IMG/VR virus record: IMGVR_UViG_3300031746_000003
Location: 56,345-120,344 of that record
Length of the DNA: 64,000 nucleotides
DNA from: a virus
Direction: 5' to 3' (one strand)
Shown in pieces: positions 53,594-63,892 of the stretch (the stretch's first letter is position 1; each line of letters opens with the position of its first letter). The position numbers were made by a program, and so were the translations under genes. The notes under the pieces are model-generated. The model was not told where the DNA came from. It searched no databases and was given only the letters and a program-made list of their open reading frames with translations.

Positions 53594-56500
53594 ATGGCCT
53601 ACTCTACTATCGAAGTTCAAAACGCAGTTGAGAAGCTGGTACTCGCAAATGTGCGTAGACCTTATGGAAGTTTAGGTAATAGGCAACTAAACGTTACCTT
53701 CACTGACCTGCAAAATGCAGTTGGAGGGCTATTTACTCTCTTCCCAAATGCTCCGTACTACTTGGTGCAGCTAGGGATAAGTAGAGCAATAGAATCGCTG
53801 TACCAAGAGGCGGCTATCGCTGCTGACTTGTACCAAGCATTGAATGAGCTCTTGAGGTTTGAATCGCCTATTGAAGACATCTCGCAAATACAAAATGCGA
53901 ATGTTGCTCTTCAAGCTCTATCAGGCGCACTGAGTAATAGAACCTCTCCTATTACAGAAGTATCTACCTCACCTGCCTTCAAGACCTTTGATAGCAGTGT
54001 TGATGCATTTCTGGCTCAAGCAGGCCCCAATATCAAACACCAAGGTCAGATAGTACGTACCCCTACTCAGGCTAGAGAGTCTGTAGCTCCGTTAGTGTCT
54101 AACTTGAAGGCGGCTCATATGACCACCTTCGAGAAAGCTACTTACTTATCTAACGCTATAGCCAATTACTCTACGTTGAATCTACCACTGGTTACAGCTC
54201 AGTACGTGACCCAGAATGCTCAAGCTTCTGTCAGTGGGCATTATGAGGATCTGAAGGCTCAAACACCCGCTGAGAGGAATAGGGGGCTGAGGGACATTGT
54301 ACTGGACCTGCTGGCTGCCAAGGCGACGGTTAAGGGATTTGGCAGTATAGGAGCTCCAGGAGCTTTCTTGCCGTCAGCAGGCAGCGGGTCTCCCTATAGT
54401 GATGCCGACCATCCAGGTACACCAGCTACGGTGTCCGCCACCATTAACGGACCCTATCCAATTGTACTTGGGCACAACGAGCTAGATGTGTTCGTAGATG
54501 GCGAACCATACGGTACGATACCGTCAGCTAGTCTCTCGCTGAGTGGTGGATTTGTGGCTCAGCTCAAGGCTAGTTTTACGCAGCCTGCTACTGGTTATGT
54601 CTTTGGTGACCCCCCAGATGTTGTAGCTACAAATGATGTGCTGTCCTTTACGTTAACGGGCTTCTCCACGGTAACGGTGACGTTTACTCATGGAGCTCGA
54701 ACGCTGAAGCAAGTGCTATCTGAGATTAACGCAGCTATACCAGCAGGTACGCCGCTTATAGCTGATGCCTTCATCTTGCAGCGTAAGTTCCTAGGCCCCG
54801 TTATACTGGAAGATGGTGGTGGTTTTATCCTAGGTGCACTTAACCTAGCCATAGTAGATTGGAATCTTAGCTACGACATAGTCAGTAGCGATGTGTTGTT
54901 CGTAACTGACTTCACGTCACTTTCATATGGTGCACAGGCTACAGATATTGCTGTGGCGGGTAACGAGCTTGTAGCCGATATATTCTCTCAGCATTTCCCT
55001 ACGGCAGGCGCTAACAAGACAATAGAGATAGGCCAAGCTGGCGTGCGCCTACGAGTTACTGGTCAGTACGACACCGGAAAGGTAGACGCCCGTATTCAGT
55101 CTATCCAGGAGTCGTGGGTTCTAAAGCTAGAGTCTACGTCTACTGCAGCTACGACTCTCGGTTTGACAGCCAACGGGTTATCACAATCACTGGCGAGCAA
55201 GGCGTCTGACATAGCCGAAGGAGTTAACACTACTTCCGTTGGTAAAGGACTTGTGCGGGCTACTGCAGTGTTCAATACACTAGCGACTACTCTGTCGCAC
55301 ACAGAGCCATCAGTTAATACCAGGCTCTCGTTCTACAAGATGCGTAGTACGGTAACTCTAGGCACTGGGTTATCCATGGTTATCGTTACTCCTGGGGCGC
55401 TGACAGCCGGGGTGATAACAGGAGATACGGTTATCATTAGGTCTACGCCTACCCCAGGTGAGGTCGGCATCCAGGGTATTGTCTCTGCTGTTACCGACAC
55501 ACAGTTCAACGTATTGTTCAACGCGCCTGTGACTGCAGCAGCCGGTGTAGTGATTGATGTTGGGGCAGACCTAGCACTTAAGTCTGGGTACATCGCCATA
55601 ATCAACAACACCTCGCCTAACGACGGTCGCTACACTGTCAAGGCGCAGACTACACCGCTCGACTACACCCTGACATCAGCGCTTACGTTCCCAGCAGCGT
55701 TTGGTGGTGTGCCCTATTTCTTCACCGACGTACAAGTGGGTGCTTACGGCATTACGCTCGCTTCATCTAATACTGGTGTGTCATCACAGATACTGGTGAA
55801 GCGTAGGTCTGGTGGGGGACCGTCTTCTGCTGAAGGCCTGCTGTTCATTACTGAAGAGGCCAGCGCAGTAGGAGCCACTAATTACTTTCAGGTCACTGAG
55901 CTGCCCAAGGGATTAGAGGTCAACGATGTCCTGGAGCTCTACGATACCAATGTGTCGGTACCCTCTTCCACCTATGTGATAGCTGACTTCAACAGCACGC
56001 TGAATATACTGCAGCTAGCAACCCCAGTAGCTTCGACTCACCCAGCTACAACGTTCAGCACCACGTCTCAGCTACCGTTTGCTAGGATACGTAGACACAA
56101 GAGCTCTAACTACGAAGGGTTTAAGACAGCTGTGCTTGCCTGGCTGCACTTGTCGGTGAACCAGTCGCAGTACATGTCGGAGTTAGATCGCCTGATGAAC
56201 CCCATCCTAGCTAATAGTAATCCTACGCCAGGAGCTGTGACAGCCGCCAAGGGTCATCTACAGAAGCTTATCCAGGTGTTGAGCATCACAGGAGCTCAGT
56301 CTTTCGGTGCGTCTGTGGACGCTACGCTAGAAGACGCGTACAGCAGCTACACGGCTCAAGCTATCCCGCAGGTGAACACGCTCATAGCTACGTACACAGC
56401 CAAGGGCACAGATAGAGCTCTGGACATCCTGATAGAGGGCAGGTTCTCAGAGTTCTTTGGCCTAACGCAGGACACAGCGTCATACGCTGGTACATTACTA

Positions 56501-56665
56501 GCCGCAGTGAAGCAGATAACACTGGCGGATATACCTGTTAGGAAGACCCTGCGGGAGCAGAATAAGGCCATGGAGAAAACTATGGCTAGTTACGAGGATA
56601 CGGACTTTGAATTCGACCAGAGTGACATAGACCCTAGTGCCGCCCTTGTTATCCCCAACAGCTAG
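53594..56665 (+). CDS. Large putative baseplate/tail-associated structural protein
   Basis: Helical termini around beta-rich inserts; VTFTHGARTLKQVLSEINAAI resembles sheath inserts. Confidence 0.55.
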   Translation: MAYSTIEVQNAVEKLVLANVRRPYGSLGNRQLNVTFTDLQNAVGGLFTLFPNAPYYLVQLGISRAIESLYQEAAIAADLYQALNELLRFESPIEDISQIQNANVALQALSGALSNRTSPITEVSTSPAFKTFDSSVDAFLAQAGPNIKHQGQIVRTPTQARESVAPLVSNLKAAHMTTFEKATYLSNAIANYSTLNLPLVTAQYVTQNAQASVSGHYEDLKAQTPAERNRGLRDIVLDLLAAKATVKGFGSIGAPGAFLPSAGSGSPYSDADHPGTPATVSATINGPYPIVLGHNELDVFVDGEPYGTIPSASLSLSGGFVAQLKASFTQPATGYVFGDPPDVVATNDVLSFTLTGFSTVTVTFTHGARTLKQVLSEINAAIPAGTPLIADAFILQRKFLGPVILEDGGGFILGALNLAIVDWNLSYDIVSSDVLFVTDFTSLSYGAQATDIAVAGNELVADIFSQHFPTAGANKTIEIGQAGVRLRVTGQYDTGKVDARIQSIQESWVLKLESTSTAATTLGLTANGLSQSLASKASDIAEGVNTTSVGKGLVRATAVFNTLATTLSHTEPSVNTRLSFYKMRSTVTLGTGLSMVIVTPGALTAGVITGDTVIIRSTPTPGEVGIQGIVSAVTDTQFNVLFNAPVTAAAGVVIDVGADLALKSGYIAIINNTSPNDGRYTVKAQTTPLDYTLTSALTFPAAFGGVPYFFTDVQVGAYGITLASSNTGVSSQILVKRRSGGGPSSAEGLLFITEEASAVGATNYFQVTELPKGLEVNDVLELYDTNVSVPSSTYVIADFNSTLNILQLATPVASTHPATTFSTTSQLPFARIRRHKSSNYEGFKTAVLAWLHLSVNQSQYMSELDRLMNPILANSNPTPGAVTAAKGHLQKLIQVLSITGAQSFGASVDATLEDAYSSYTAQAIPQVNTLIATYTAKGTDRALDILIEGRFSEFFGLTQDTASYAGTLLAAVKQITLADIPVRKTLREQNKAMEKTMASYEDTDFEFDQSDIDPSAALVIPNS

Positions 56666-56711
56666 TAGCACGGCGTTCCCAAGACAGCCGTTTTAGCGGT
56701 AAGATGCACCC

Positions 56712-59700
56712 ATGCCAATCAGCGCGTTAATTCGGTTCCAGCAGGGCCCCACGATTGGTGGAGCTGGAGAAGCCTATGCGGGTACTGTAGCTGGCGGCGT
56801 GGTCACCGTGACCAACGGAGGCGTAAACGCTGGCGTAACTAGCTGGACTATTACGTTGCTGTCCGTGCCCCTTGGTAGCTTGTTAGTTCCAGGGGTAATT
56901 GGTAGCGCGTTTGACGCTTTTCCTACAGCGACATTTGTCCCTGATGTGGACGGGCAGTGTTACCGCATTCAGCTGGATATCACTGACGGCTCCGTTACTG
57001 ACCAGGACATCCGTAATTTCGGTACGCTGAACGCGCGTGGGAACATAATCCCTCCACCTCAGCTCAATCCTCCCCCACTGGTAGCTAAGCCCAATGAGCT
57101 CAACTTCGTAGACCCAAATACTACTACTGAGCAGATAGAGGGCTGGGCAGGTACTAGCGCACCAGGGCTAGTGAACAAGATATTAGTTGGGATAGAAGAC
57201 GCCGCGTACGATGCATTACCTCTTGTGGGTACGGGCATACCTGGGGACTACACCCGTATAGCAACCCCCAAGCTACACGTGCCCACTGCTCCAGTGTATG
57301 ACGGGGCGTTCATCTGGGTAGTGAAGTCCAACTTTGAAGAAACAGAAGGTGGTGGGACTAGCATAGGACCTGGTGTTCTAAAGATAGACCCAGTTACTAA
57401 CAAGATCGTTGAGTCTATCGATACAGAGGACACTGGTGAGGCTGCTTACACGCTGGTGGACACGGGCACACAGCTCTTCCTCTTTGGCGTTGGTGGTGAA
57501 GGACCAGCTCTTTGGGTGCGTGAGGTGCTGCGTGGGGCTACAACTACATTTGGCCCTAGGCTAACTGTCTACACGTTTTCTAGCGCAAGTGCTTATCCTG
57601 TAGACGGGCTATGGGATGGCACGCACATCTGGCTCTCTACTGGGTCAGAGCAAGCGCTGATAGGAACGTTGCCCAGCAGTATCAGTGCACCTGACATAGT
57701 GCTCACAGCACTAGGTGGTGATGTAACGAGCCTTGTGTACGACCCAACTGGGGCGAACTACGGAGACGGTAAGCCACACTTGTTCGTGGCGGTAGACAAC
57801 ACAGTCTACAGCTACACCGACTTAGAGACCGTTAGCCCCGTAGTAGATGGTAGCTATGCACCTGACCTGACGATTAGGTCGATGGCACTGGACACGCTGG
57901 GTGCAAAGCTCTGGACGTTGGTTACTGAGACTGACGGTACTTGGCAGCTTTATAAGCTCAACCTAGACCTAACACTAAATCTATACCCCGGTGTAGCCAA
58001 CACTGATTGCGAGGGGTCTATTATTCTCTGCGATGCCTTTAGCAAGATATACGTAGTCTTGGTAGGTACCGCAGCTCTTGATGACGGTAAGACCTTCCTT
58101 AGGCGCTACAGCAATGTTGGCGTGTTTGAGGTTGAGCTGAATATCACGCTCACTAGTGGTGGTAACCGCCCGCTCATTTACTCCTTCTGGCGGGCCCTCA
58201 TACTGAACATGAACATCTGGCTACCAACGCCAGAGCTAGTATCATTCAGCACGGACGTACCAGAGCTCGTGGGCAAGGGCGGTGTCGTACGAGTTGATAC
58301 TGGACTCGTTGGTGTCAGTAGAACAGAGCCACTGAAGAACCTCGCCTACGAGGGTAGAACTACCCAGTGGTTTTTCCCTACTGTGACAGATGAGGCGATG
58401 TACTGGGACAGGGTGTCCGACGTCATCGTTGTGGAGGACACTAACTTCAATTGTCGTGTGCACCTTGGGGCGGCCGTAGCTAACAAGGTAGTTACAGTTT
58501 ACAACCACACGCTGTTAGAGCTCTTCACAGTTACAGTCGTAGACGTTGTTCCAGCGAACACCATAGTGCTGCGGCCTCTAGAGATAGCGTCGTTCTACTC
58601 AGACGGTGGTAACTGGACACTGATGCAGAGTGCTGGCTCTGCCGCACTGCCTGCGTATACCAAGCACGGCGAGGTACTTACGCTGCTAGGTGACGTACCA
58701 GACTTTGGTAACCCTCTAAGTTCAGTAGAGCATGGTGGTGACATCTGGTTCATTAACATCAATGCCCATATATATGGTGGTACCAGTCTCTACCTACGAC
58801 CTGGTGTAACTAGGGTAAACTCGACTACACAAAAGATCGTAGAGCGTATAGATATCAACACCACCCCCAATACTGAGATAGTAGCTTTCGCTGTATCTAC
58901 CGGAGCTAAGCTCTGGTTGGTGTGCTCCCAGAGGGCACCAGCAGGAAACACCAACATAATTCTACGTGAGGTTATAGTTGGAAACCCGAGTACGATAGGC
59001 CCAGCTGTAATCATCTATAGCGATGTAGATATAGCTAGCCCGACTGGCGCTGTCTTTGATAGTAGTAACAACAAGCTATGGATCTGTTACCAAGCTAGCA
59101 GCCCCGATGCTAGCAGCGTAGTACAGGCTGACTCAGTTACAGGCGCTCCAGGTATACCAATCGCTGTTGGCTTAGTTGGAGAGTCACTTAGCACGCTGGC
59201 GTTGGACAACAACATAGGTAACTACGGTGATCTAAAGCCGCGCCTGTACGTGGGTAATACCACCGCTAATACGATACAGGCTGTTAAAGATCTAGACACA
59301 AACCCACCTACGCTAGACGGCGCTGCGTTAGTTGCTGGACTCCCAGTTACTACGTTAGTTATGGGTAACAGCAACAGGCTTTATGCTGGTGCCTACGGCA
59401 CTTCAGACTTAGCGTCTTTTACCGTTAACCCTCTAGCAGTATCTGTAGCGGCAGCACCTACGGGTATTGGAGCTATTTGGTCGCTAATGTTTGATACCCT
59501 CAACGGTAGGTTGGTATCTGCTATATGGGACACTGCCAGCAAGTATATCCTCGTTGCTTTTAACGCCGTAACGTTAGCACCACTAACCTCTATCGATCTC
59601 CCGGTTAACGAGGACAAAGTAGGAGTCAGCACAAGTACTTATATCGCTATCGCATTTGGTTACATATGGGTGCCTAACCCGTCTCTGTGGAACGGGTTTT

Positions 59701-61718
59701 ACTTAGGCACGAACCCCATGGGACGTGGTTATCGTGTAGACTTAGACCTCACCACCACCGTAGAGCTACTTACCCTCGAATCCACGAACTGGGATACGGT
59801 GGGTAACAGCATCTCCTGGCGTCCTGATGGGCGTGGTGACGCTACGACCTGGTACGAGGTCATGGACTTTGTACGCAGGAGCAAGTCGCCAGTTACCATC
59901 TATGTAGATCAGTCGACAGATGAGGTAGCTGCCTACTCTATTGAGCCTGGTCCACTAGACCCACCAGTCGTATGGGACATGAAGTACGCAACCATTGTTG
60001 CGCCACAGGGAGCTCATGAGGAATTGATCCTCAGCATTCGTCGTCACGCCACGCTGCATAACTTAGCTGGCATTGATGGTGGGATGATGCTTCAGCACAA
60101 CCATCACACTGACGACCCACCTGTTTTAACCTTTTGGCCTATCAAACCACTCAACAGCTGTGTCTTTAAGGCAGAGCGTGGAGCTGTAATAAGGAATCAC
60201 CCAGACGCCCGTATCCCAATGATTGATTGGGATGGTCAAGGTACAGGGTTTGAGTTCTACATGGTGTTCAATGAGTTGGGCACAGTAGAGAGTGATGCCG
60301 TGCTCAGTGGAGCTGCCGCCTCACTAGCAGCATCAACAGCGCCTTCGATGACATTGTCTGGTCTAACGGGTATGTCAGCTGTGTATGTAGGGTATGCAAT
60401 TCAGCTCTCTGGGGCTGGGCTAGAAACCAACAATAAGAACTTTGTAATCACTGCGTACAACAGCGCTACCAGTGTTGAAGTGAACAGTGATGCAACTATA
60501 GGTTTTGCACCAGACCCGAATAACGGGGCTATCAGCTGGACTTTTGTTATTCCAGTTGTTCGGGTGAGGAACAAAGGGGTACTGGAGGTAACAGTAGCTA
60601 CTGGTGGCCTTGGCAAAGACAACATGATGCCGCCAGGGTGGCTGGGCTGTGATGGGTCAGGTGCCCAGATGGTGCGGTGGCTGCATGATGGCACGCTAGC
60701 CTTCGCGTCCGACTTCTGGACTCAGCACCAGCAACTAATTGAGGGTCCTGGGTCACAGCAAAACACACCAATGGGCGTAGTTGGTGGCAGTGGTGACTCA
60801 AGTCTTTCTGGGCAACTACCAGTCTACCAAGGGCTAGGAGCTCCGTCTGACGGCACACTCTTCTACGATCAAAAGAGGCAGTCGTTGCTCGCCTACTCAG
60901 CTGATGAGTCTGAGTGGTTCGTGGTGGGTGGTAGAAGAATCATCCGCAGCTCTGTTTCTACAACAATTGTTACTGCAGTGGCAGATGACTATCCTATTTT
61001 GAACCCAGGCGGTCTCTTCGCGAAAGTGTTTGCTAGGTCGCACACGATCTATATGCAAGCCACGGGTGTGGCGGACATCACTGGTGTTCAGTTCGATCCG
61101 GAGTTTTACAACGTACCTGGTCCTTTTGAGAAATCGCGCCCATCATCGATTCGTAAGACCCTAGTCAACGAATCTGCATTCGTTCTGACAATGAAGAACG
61201 GGGCACCTAGCACTAACGCCGTGTCTACGTTAACGCTCTCAGCTAACGTGGTTGACGGAGATACGGTCCAGTTCTTTGCACCAGGCGGTCCAAGTCCAGA
61301 TGACCGTACCTACACGTTCAAGACTGCTCTGACTACAGGTGGTGGCTACGCCGGAGAGGTTTTGATAGGGGCCTCGGCATCGGACAGTATCGACAACCTG
61401 ATCCTAGCAATCATGGGGACTGGAATACCAGGTGTCGAATATGGAGCCGGCACGCTCACAAACACACTTGTCACTGCTGTAGCTGGAGCTGGCGACACCA
61501 TGGATGTGACGTCTATTGAGCAGGGAGCTTGGGCCAACGGAATAGAAGTTGGTGAGACATCGGCCAACATGAGCTGGCCAGGGTCATTCCTTACTGGTGG
61601 CACAGGGTCGTTGACTCGAAACAAGCTCTTGATCGCCGGTGGGGACTTTCCAGTCGTTCCGGATGGAACGTTCGAAATTGAATATGATTATGTCCTCGGA
61701 AGTTGGAGAGCAGTATGA
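56712..61718 (+). CDS. Tail fibre/receptor-binding protein with two duplicated beta-propeller-like modules
   Basis: 1668 aa, beta-rich; PGVLKIDPVTNKIVESID vs PGVTRVNSTTQKIVERID; NYGDGKPHLFV vs NYGDLKPRLYV. Confidence 0.7.
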   Translation: MPISALIRFQQGPTIGGAGEAYAGTVAGGVVTVTNGGVNAGVTSWTITLLSVPLGSLLVPGVIGSAFDAFPTATFVPDVDGQCYRIQLDITDGSVTDQDIRNFGTLNARGNIIPPPQLNPPPLVAKPNELNFVDPNTTTEQIEGWAGTSAPGLVNKILVGIEDAAYDALPLVGTGIPGDYTRIATPKLHVPTAPVYDGAFIWVVKSNFEETEGGGTSIGPGVLKIDPVTNKIVESIDTEDTGEAAYTLVDTGTQLFLFGVGGEGPALWVREVLRGATTTFGPRLTVYTFSSASAYPVDGLWDGTHIWLSTGSEQALIGTLPSSISAPDIVLTALGGDVTSLVYDPTGANYGDGKPHLFVAVDNTVYSYTDLETVSPVVDGSYAPDLTIRSMALDTLGAKLWTLVTETDGTWQLYKLNLDLTLNLYPGVANTDCEGSIILCDAFSKIYVVLVGTAALDDGKTFLRRYSNVGVFEVELNITLTSGGNRPLIYSFWRALILNMNIWLPTPELVSFSTDVPELVGKGGVVRVDTGLVGVSRTEPLKNLAYEGRTTQWFFPTVTDEAMYWDRVSDVIVVEDTNFNCRVHLGAAVANKVVTVYNHTLLELFTVTVVDVVPANTIVLRPLEIASFYSDGGNWTLMQSAGSAALPAYTKHGEVLTLLGDVPDFGNPLSSVEHGGDIWFININAHIYGGTSLYLRPGVTRVNSTTQKIVERIDINTTPNTEIVAFAVSTGAKLWLVCSQRAPAGNTNIILREVIVGNPSTIGPAVIIYSDVDIASPTGAVFDSSNNKLWICYQASSPDASSVVQADSVTGAPGIPIAVGLVGESLSTLALDNNIGNYGDLKPRLYVGNTTANTIQAVKDLDTNPPTLDGAALVAGLPVTTLVMGNSNRLYAGAYGTSDLASFTVNPLAVSVAAAPTGIGAIWSLMFDTLNGRLVSAIWDTASKYILVAFNAVTLAPLTSIDLPVNEDKVGVSTSTYIAIAFGYIWVPNPSLWNGFYLGTNPMGRGYRVDLDLTTTVELLTLESTNWDTVGNSISWRPDGRGDATTWYEVMDFVRRSKSPVTIYVDQSTDEVAAYSIEPGPLDPPVVWDMKYATIVAPQGAHEELILSIRRHATLHNLAGIDGGMMLQHNHHTDDPPVLTFWPIKPLNSCVFKAERGAVIRNHPDARIPMIDWDGQGTGFEFYMVFNELGTVESDAVLSGAAASLAASTAPSMTLSGLTGMSAVYVGYAIQLSGAGLETNNKNFVITAYNSATSVEVNSDATIGFAPDPNNGAISWTFVIPVVRVRNKGVLEVTVATGGLGKDNMMPPGWLGCDGSGAQMVRWLHDGTLAFASDFWTQHQQLIEGPGSQQNTPMGVVGGSGDSSLSGQLPVYQGLGAPSDGTLFYDQKRQSLLAYSADESEWFVVGGRRIIRSSVSTTIVTAVADDYPILNPGGLFAKVFARSHTIYMQATGVADITGVQFDPEFYNVPGPFEKSRPSSIRKTLVNESAFVLTMKNGAPSTNAVSTLTLSANVVDGDTVQFFAPGGPSPDDRTYTFKTALTTGGGYAGEVLIGASASDSIDNLILAIMGTGIPGVEYGAGTLTNTLVTAVAGAGDTMDVTSIEQGAWANGIEVGETSANMSWPGSFLTGGTGSLTRNKLLIAGGDFPVVPDGTFEIEYDYVLGSWRAV

Positions 61719-62092
61719 CCGAGTTAAGATACCCGGCAGCAGTCTGTGAAACGTTCAAGCGGTGTAACCGTTGGGTACGCACTAAGTACCACGACGCTGA
61801 CCACACACTAGTACTGCCTAATGGGTGGGATGCCGAGGTGATAGCTTGGTACGCACTACACGCACCGTCAGAACTCATATGGTGGTCTGAAGTACGTGAC
61901 CAGACAACACGTAAGCCACTGGCACCATTCACCAAGAGAGAAGCGCTAGCGGCTATCAGAGCTGCTCGTGAAGCTAACTACCAATGGGCCACACTACCAG
62001 TTACTGTTGTTCGTACTAGTGACGGTTGGGTATGGGAGACTACGTTAGGTACTGCGTATAACGGCACACCGCCTGTTTGGAGAGCACCATGA
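61715..62092 (+). CDS. Hypothetical protein between fibre genes
   Basis: GGAG RBS; ATGA coupling on both sides. Confidence 0.65.
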   Translation: MTELRYPAAVCETFKRCNRWVRTKYHDADHTLVLPNGWDAEVIAWYALHAPSELIWWSEVRDQTTRKPLAPFTKREALAAIRAAREANYQWATLPVTVVRTSDGWVWETTLGTAYNGTPPVWRAP

Positions 62093-63702
62093 CATTCCCC
62101 AGCAGACCGGGCATTCCTGGATTTGAGAACGCAGCGATTAATACATTGGGTGTTGGCGATACCGCACTGATTAGCGTTACATCTGGCACCGAGAACACTG
62201 CAGTAGGTAGTGGTGCTCTGCAGCTTTGCGCCGATGGCACTCAAAATGTCGGTATAGGCTTTTGGGCACTAACAGCGCTGACTAGTGGTGACGACAACAT
62301 AGCAGTTGGTGCTGCTGCGCTCGGCTCGTGTGTTGGTGGAATTGGCAACGTTGCTATTGGTTCCATTGCTCTCGCTCAACTGATAGGTGGAGGCAGTAAC
62401 GTAGCAGTTGGGTATTCGGCACTTCAGCTGTGTGTCTCGGGGAGTAACAACGTTGCGATTGGGCTCGATGCGCTCAATGCATGTACTGTCAGTGAACAGA
62501 CTGCCGTTGGGGCTGGTGCTCTCACGTCAAGTACGACGGGGCTGCGCAGTGTCGCTGTTGGGTACAATGCGCTGAACTCGTCTGTGTCTGTGTCTGACAA
62601 CACGGCTGTTGGACACTTGGCACTCACGGCATGCACAGTTGGTGAACAGACCGCTGTTGGCTCTGGAGCTTTGACCACCAACACGACTGGCCTGCGCAAC
62701 GTCGCGGTTGGCTACCACGCGATGAACGGGTTGGGTAACGGCAATGACAACGTGGCTATCGGTCACGATGCTTTGTCTACGACTTTTTCTGGGACATCGA
62801 ATGTCGCTGTGGGCTCGTCAGCAATGGTTCTCTGTACAGGGAATCAGAATGTATCGATAGGAGACCACGCGCTTGCCGCAGCTACCGCTGTGGACTTCTG
62901 CGTGGCCGTCGGGGCTAATGCGTTAGCGAATAGCACCGGTAGCTACAACACGGCTGTTGGCGGCAGCGTGATGTACTCGAATACGACTGGTGTCAAGAAC
63001 ACAGCGGTCGGCGTGCAGGCACTCAATGCCAACACGAACACAGACAATAACGTAGCGGTCGGATACCACGCCGCGAGCTTGGCGACTGGCACTCGCAACA
63101 CGGTAGTCGGTATGGAGGCGTTTAACGCTGCCACCAGCGCAGCTGACAACGTAGCGTTCGGGTATCAGGCCGCGAATCTGTCGACTGGCGCTGACAACGT
63201 GTGCATCGGAAGCAGCGTGGCCGGTGCTCTGTCTACAGGTGCAGGGAACGTAATCATCGGCAAGAGTGCTGGCGCGACGCTCACGACGGGTGGCAGCAAC
63301 GTTCTGATCGCGGATGATGTGCCGGCTGCTGGAACATCGAACCACCTCGGAATCGGATCTGGAACGATCTCGGGCGATGTGTCGACCAAGCAGATCACGT
63401 TCCGTCGCATCACCACGGCGGGTATCACGGCCTCGACCACGCAGACCCAGGGTAACGGCGCACTGACCAGTGACGTGAATCAGATCTCGGTCTGCGCCAA
63501 CGCCAACGACACCGTGACGCTCCCGGCCGCTCTGGCAGGTCTGGAAGTCATCGTCATCAACAGCGACCCGGCGAACACGCTGCAAGTATTCCCCGCTTCG
63601 GGTGATAACCTTGGAGCTGGTGTAGACACTGCCACGACGCAGGCGACTGGTGTCACCAATCGCTACGTGGCCTACGACACGACCAACTGGGTCAAGTTGT
63701 GA
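62089..63702 (+). CDS. Fibre/adhesin with YadA-head-like NxAxGxxAL beta-roll repeats
   Basis: More than 20 repeats of about 14 aa (NTAVG/NVAIG..AL); C-terminal VTLPAALAGL domain. Confidence 0.8.
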   Translation: MTFPSRPGIPGFENAAINTLGVGDTALISVTSGTENTAVGSGALQLCADGTQNVGIGFWALTALTSGDDNIAVGAAALGSCVGGIGNVAIGSIALAQLIGGGSNVAVGYSALQLCVSGSNNVAIGLDALNACTVSEQTAVGAGALTSSTTGLRSVAVGYNALNSSVSVSDNTAVGHLALTACTVGEQTAVGSGALTTNTTGLRNVAVGYHAMNGLGNGNDNVAIGHDALSTTFSGTSNVAVGSSAMVLCTGNQNVSIGDHALAAATAVDFCVAVGANALANSTGSYNTAVGGSVMYSNTTGVKNTAVGVQALNANTNTDNNVAVGYHAASLATGTRNTVVGMEAFNAATSAADNVAFGYQAANLSTGADNVCIGSSVAGALSTGAGNVIIGKSAGATLTTGGSNVLIADDVPAAGTSNHLGIGSGTISGDVSTKQITFRRITTAGITASTTQTQGNGALTSDVNQISVCANANDTVTLPAALAGLEVIVINSDPANTLQVFPASGDNLGAGVDTATTQATGVTNRYVAYDTTNWVKL

Positions 63703-63728
63703 TGGCTGTTAAAAAGCTATCAACCCCC

Positions 63729-63757
63729 TTGACAGCCCCTAAGCTCGTAGATATTCT
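63729..63757 (+). promoter_or_regulatory. Sigma70-type promoter TTGACA-N17-TATTCT
   Basis: Perfect -35, 17-bp spacer, TAnnnT -10. Confidence 0.8.
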
Positions 63758-63763
63758 GCCTCT

Positions 63764-63890
63764 CGTGACCCAGTCCTGCCATTGACAGTCAGCCCTTCAA
63801 GGGCTCCCCTGTTGGCCTTCTGGGCTCTCATAAGCCTCTTCAGACGCTCCCTCCTCCTTCAGGGGAGGTGCTCTGTAGGGGCGTTTCCAT
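63764..63890 (+). ncRNA. Structured leader or ncRNA upstream of the tRNA-like element
   Basis: Nested stems CCCAG/CTGGG, GCCA/TGGC, ACAG/CTGT, AGCCC/GGGCT; second hairpin AGACGCTCC/GGGGCGTTT. Confidence 0.4.
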
Positions 63891-63892
63891 TC

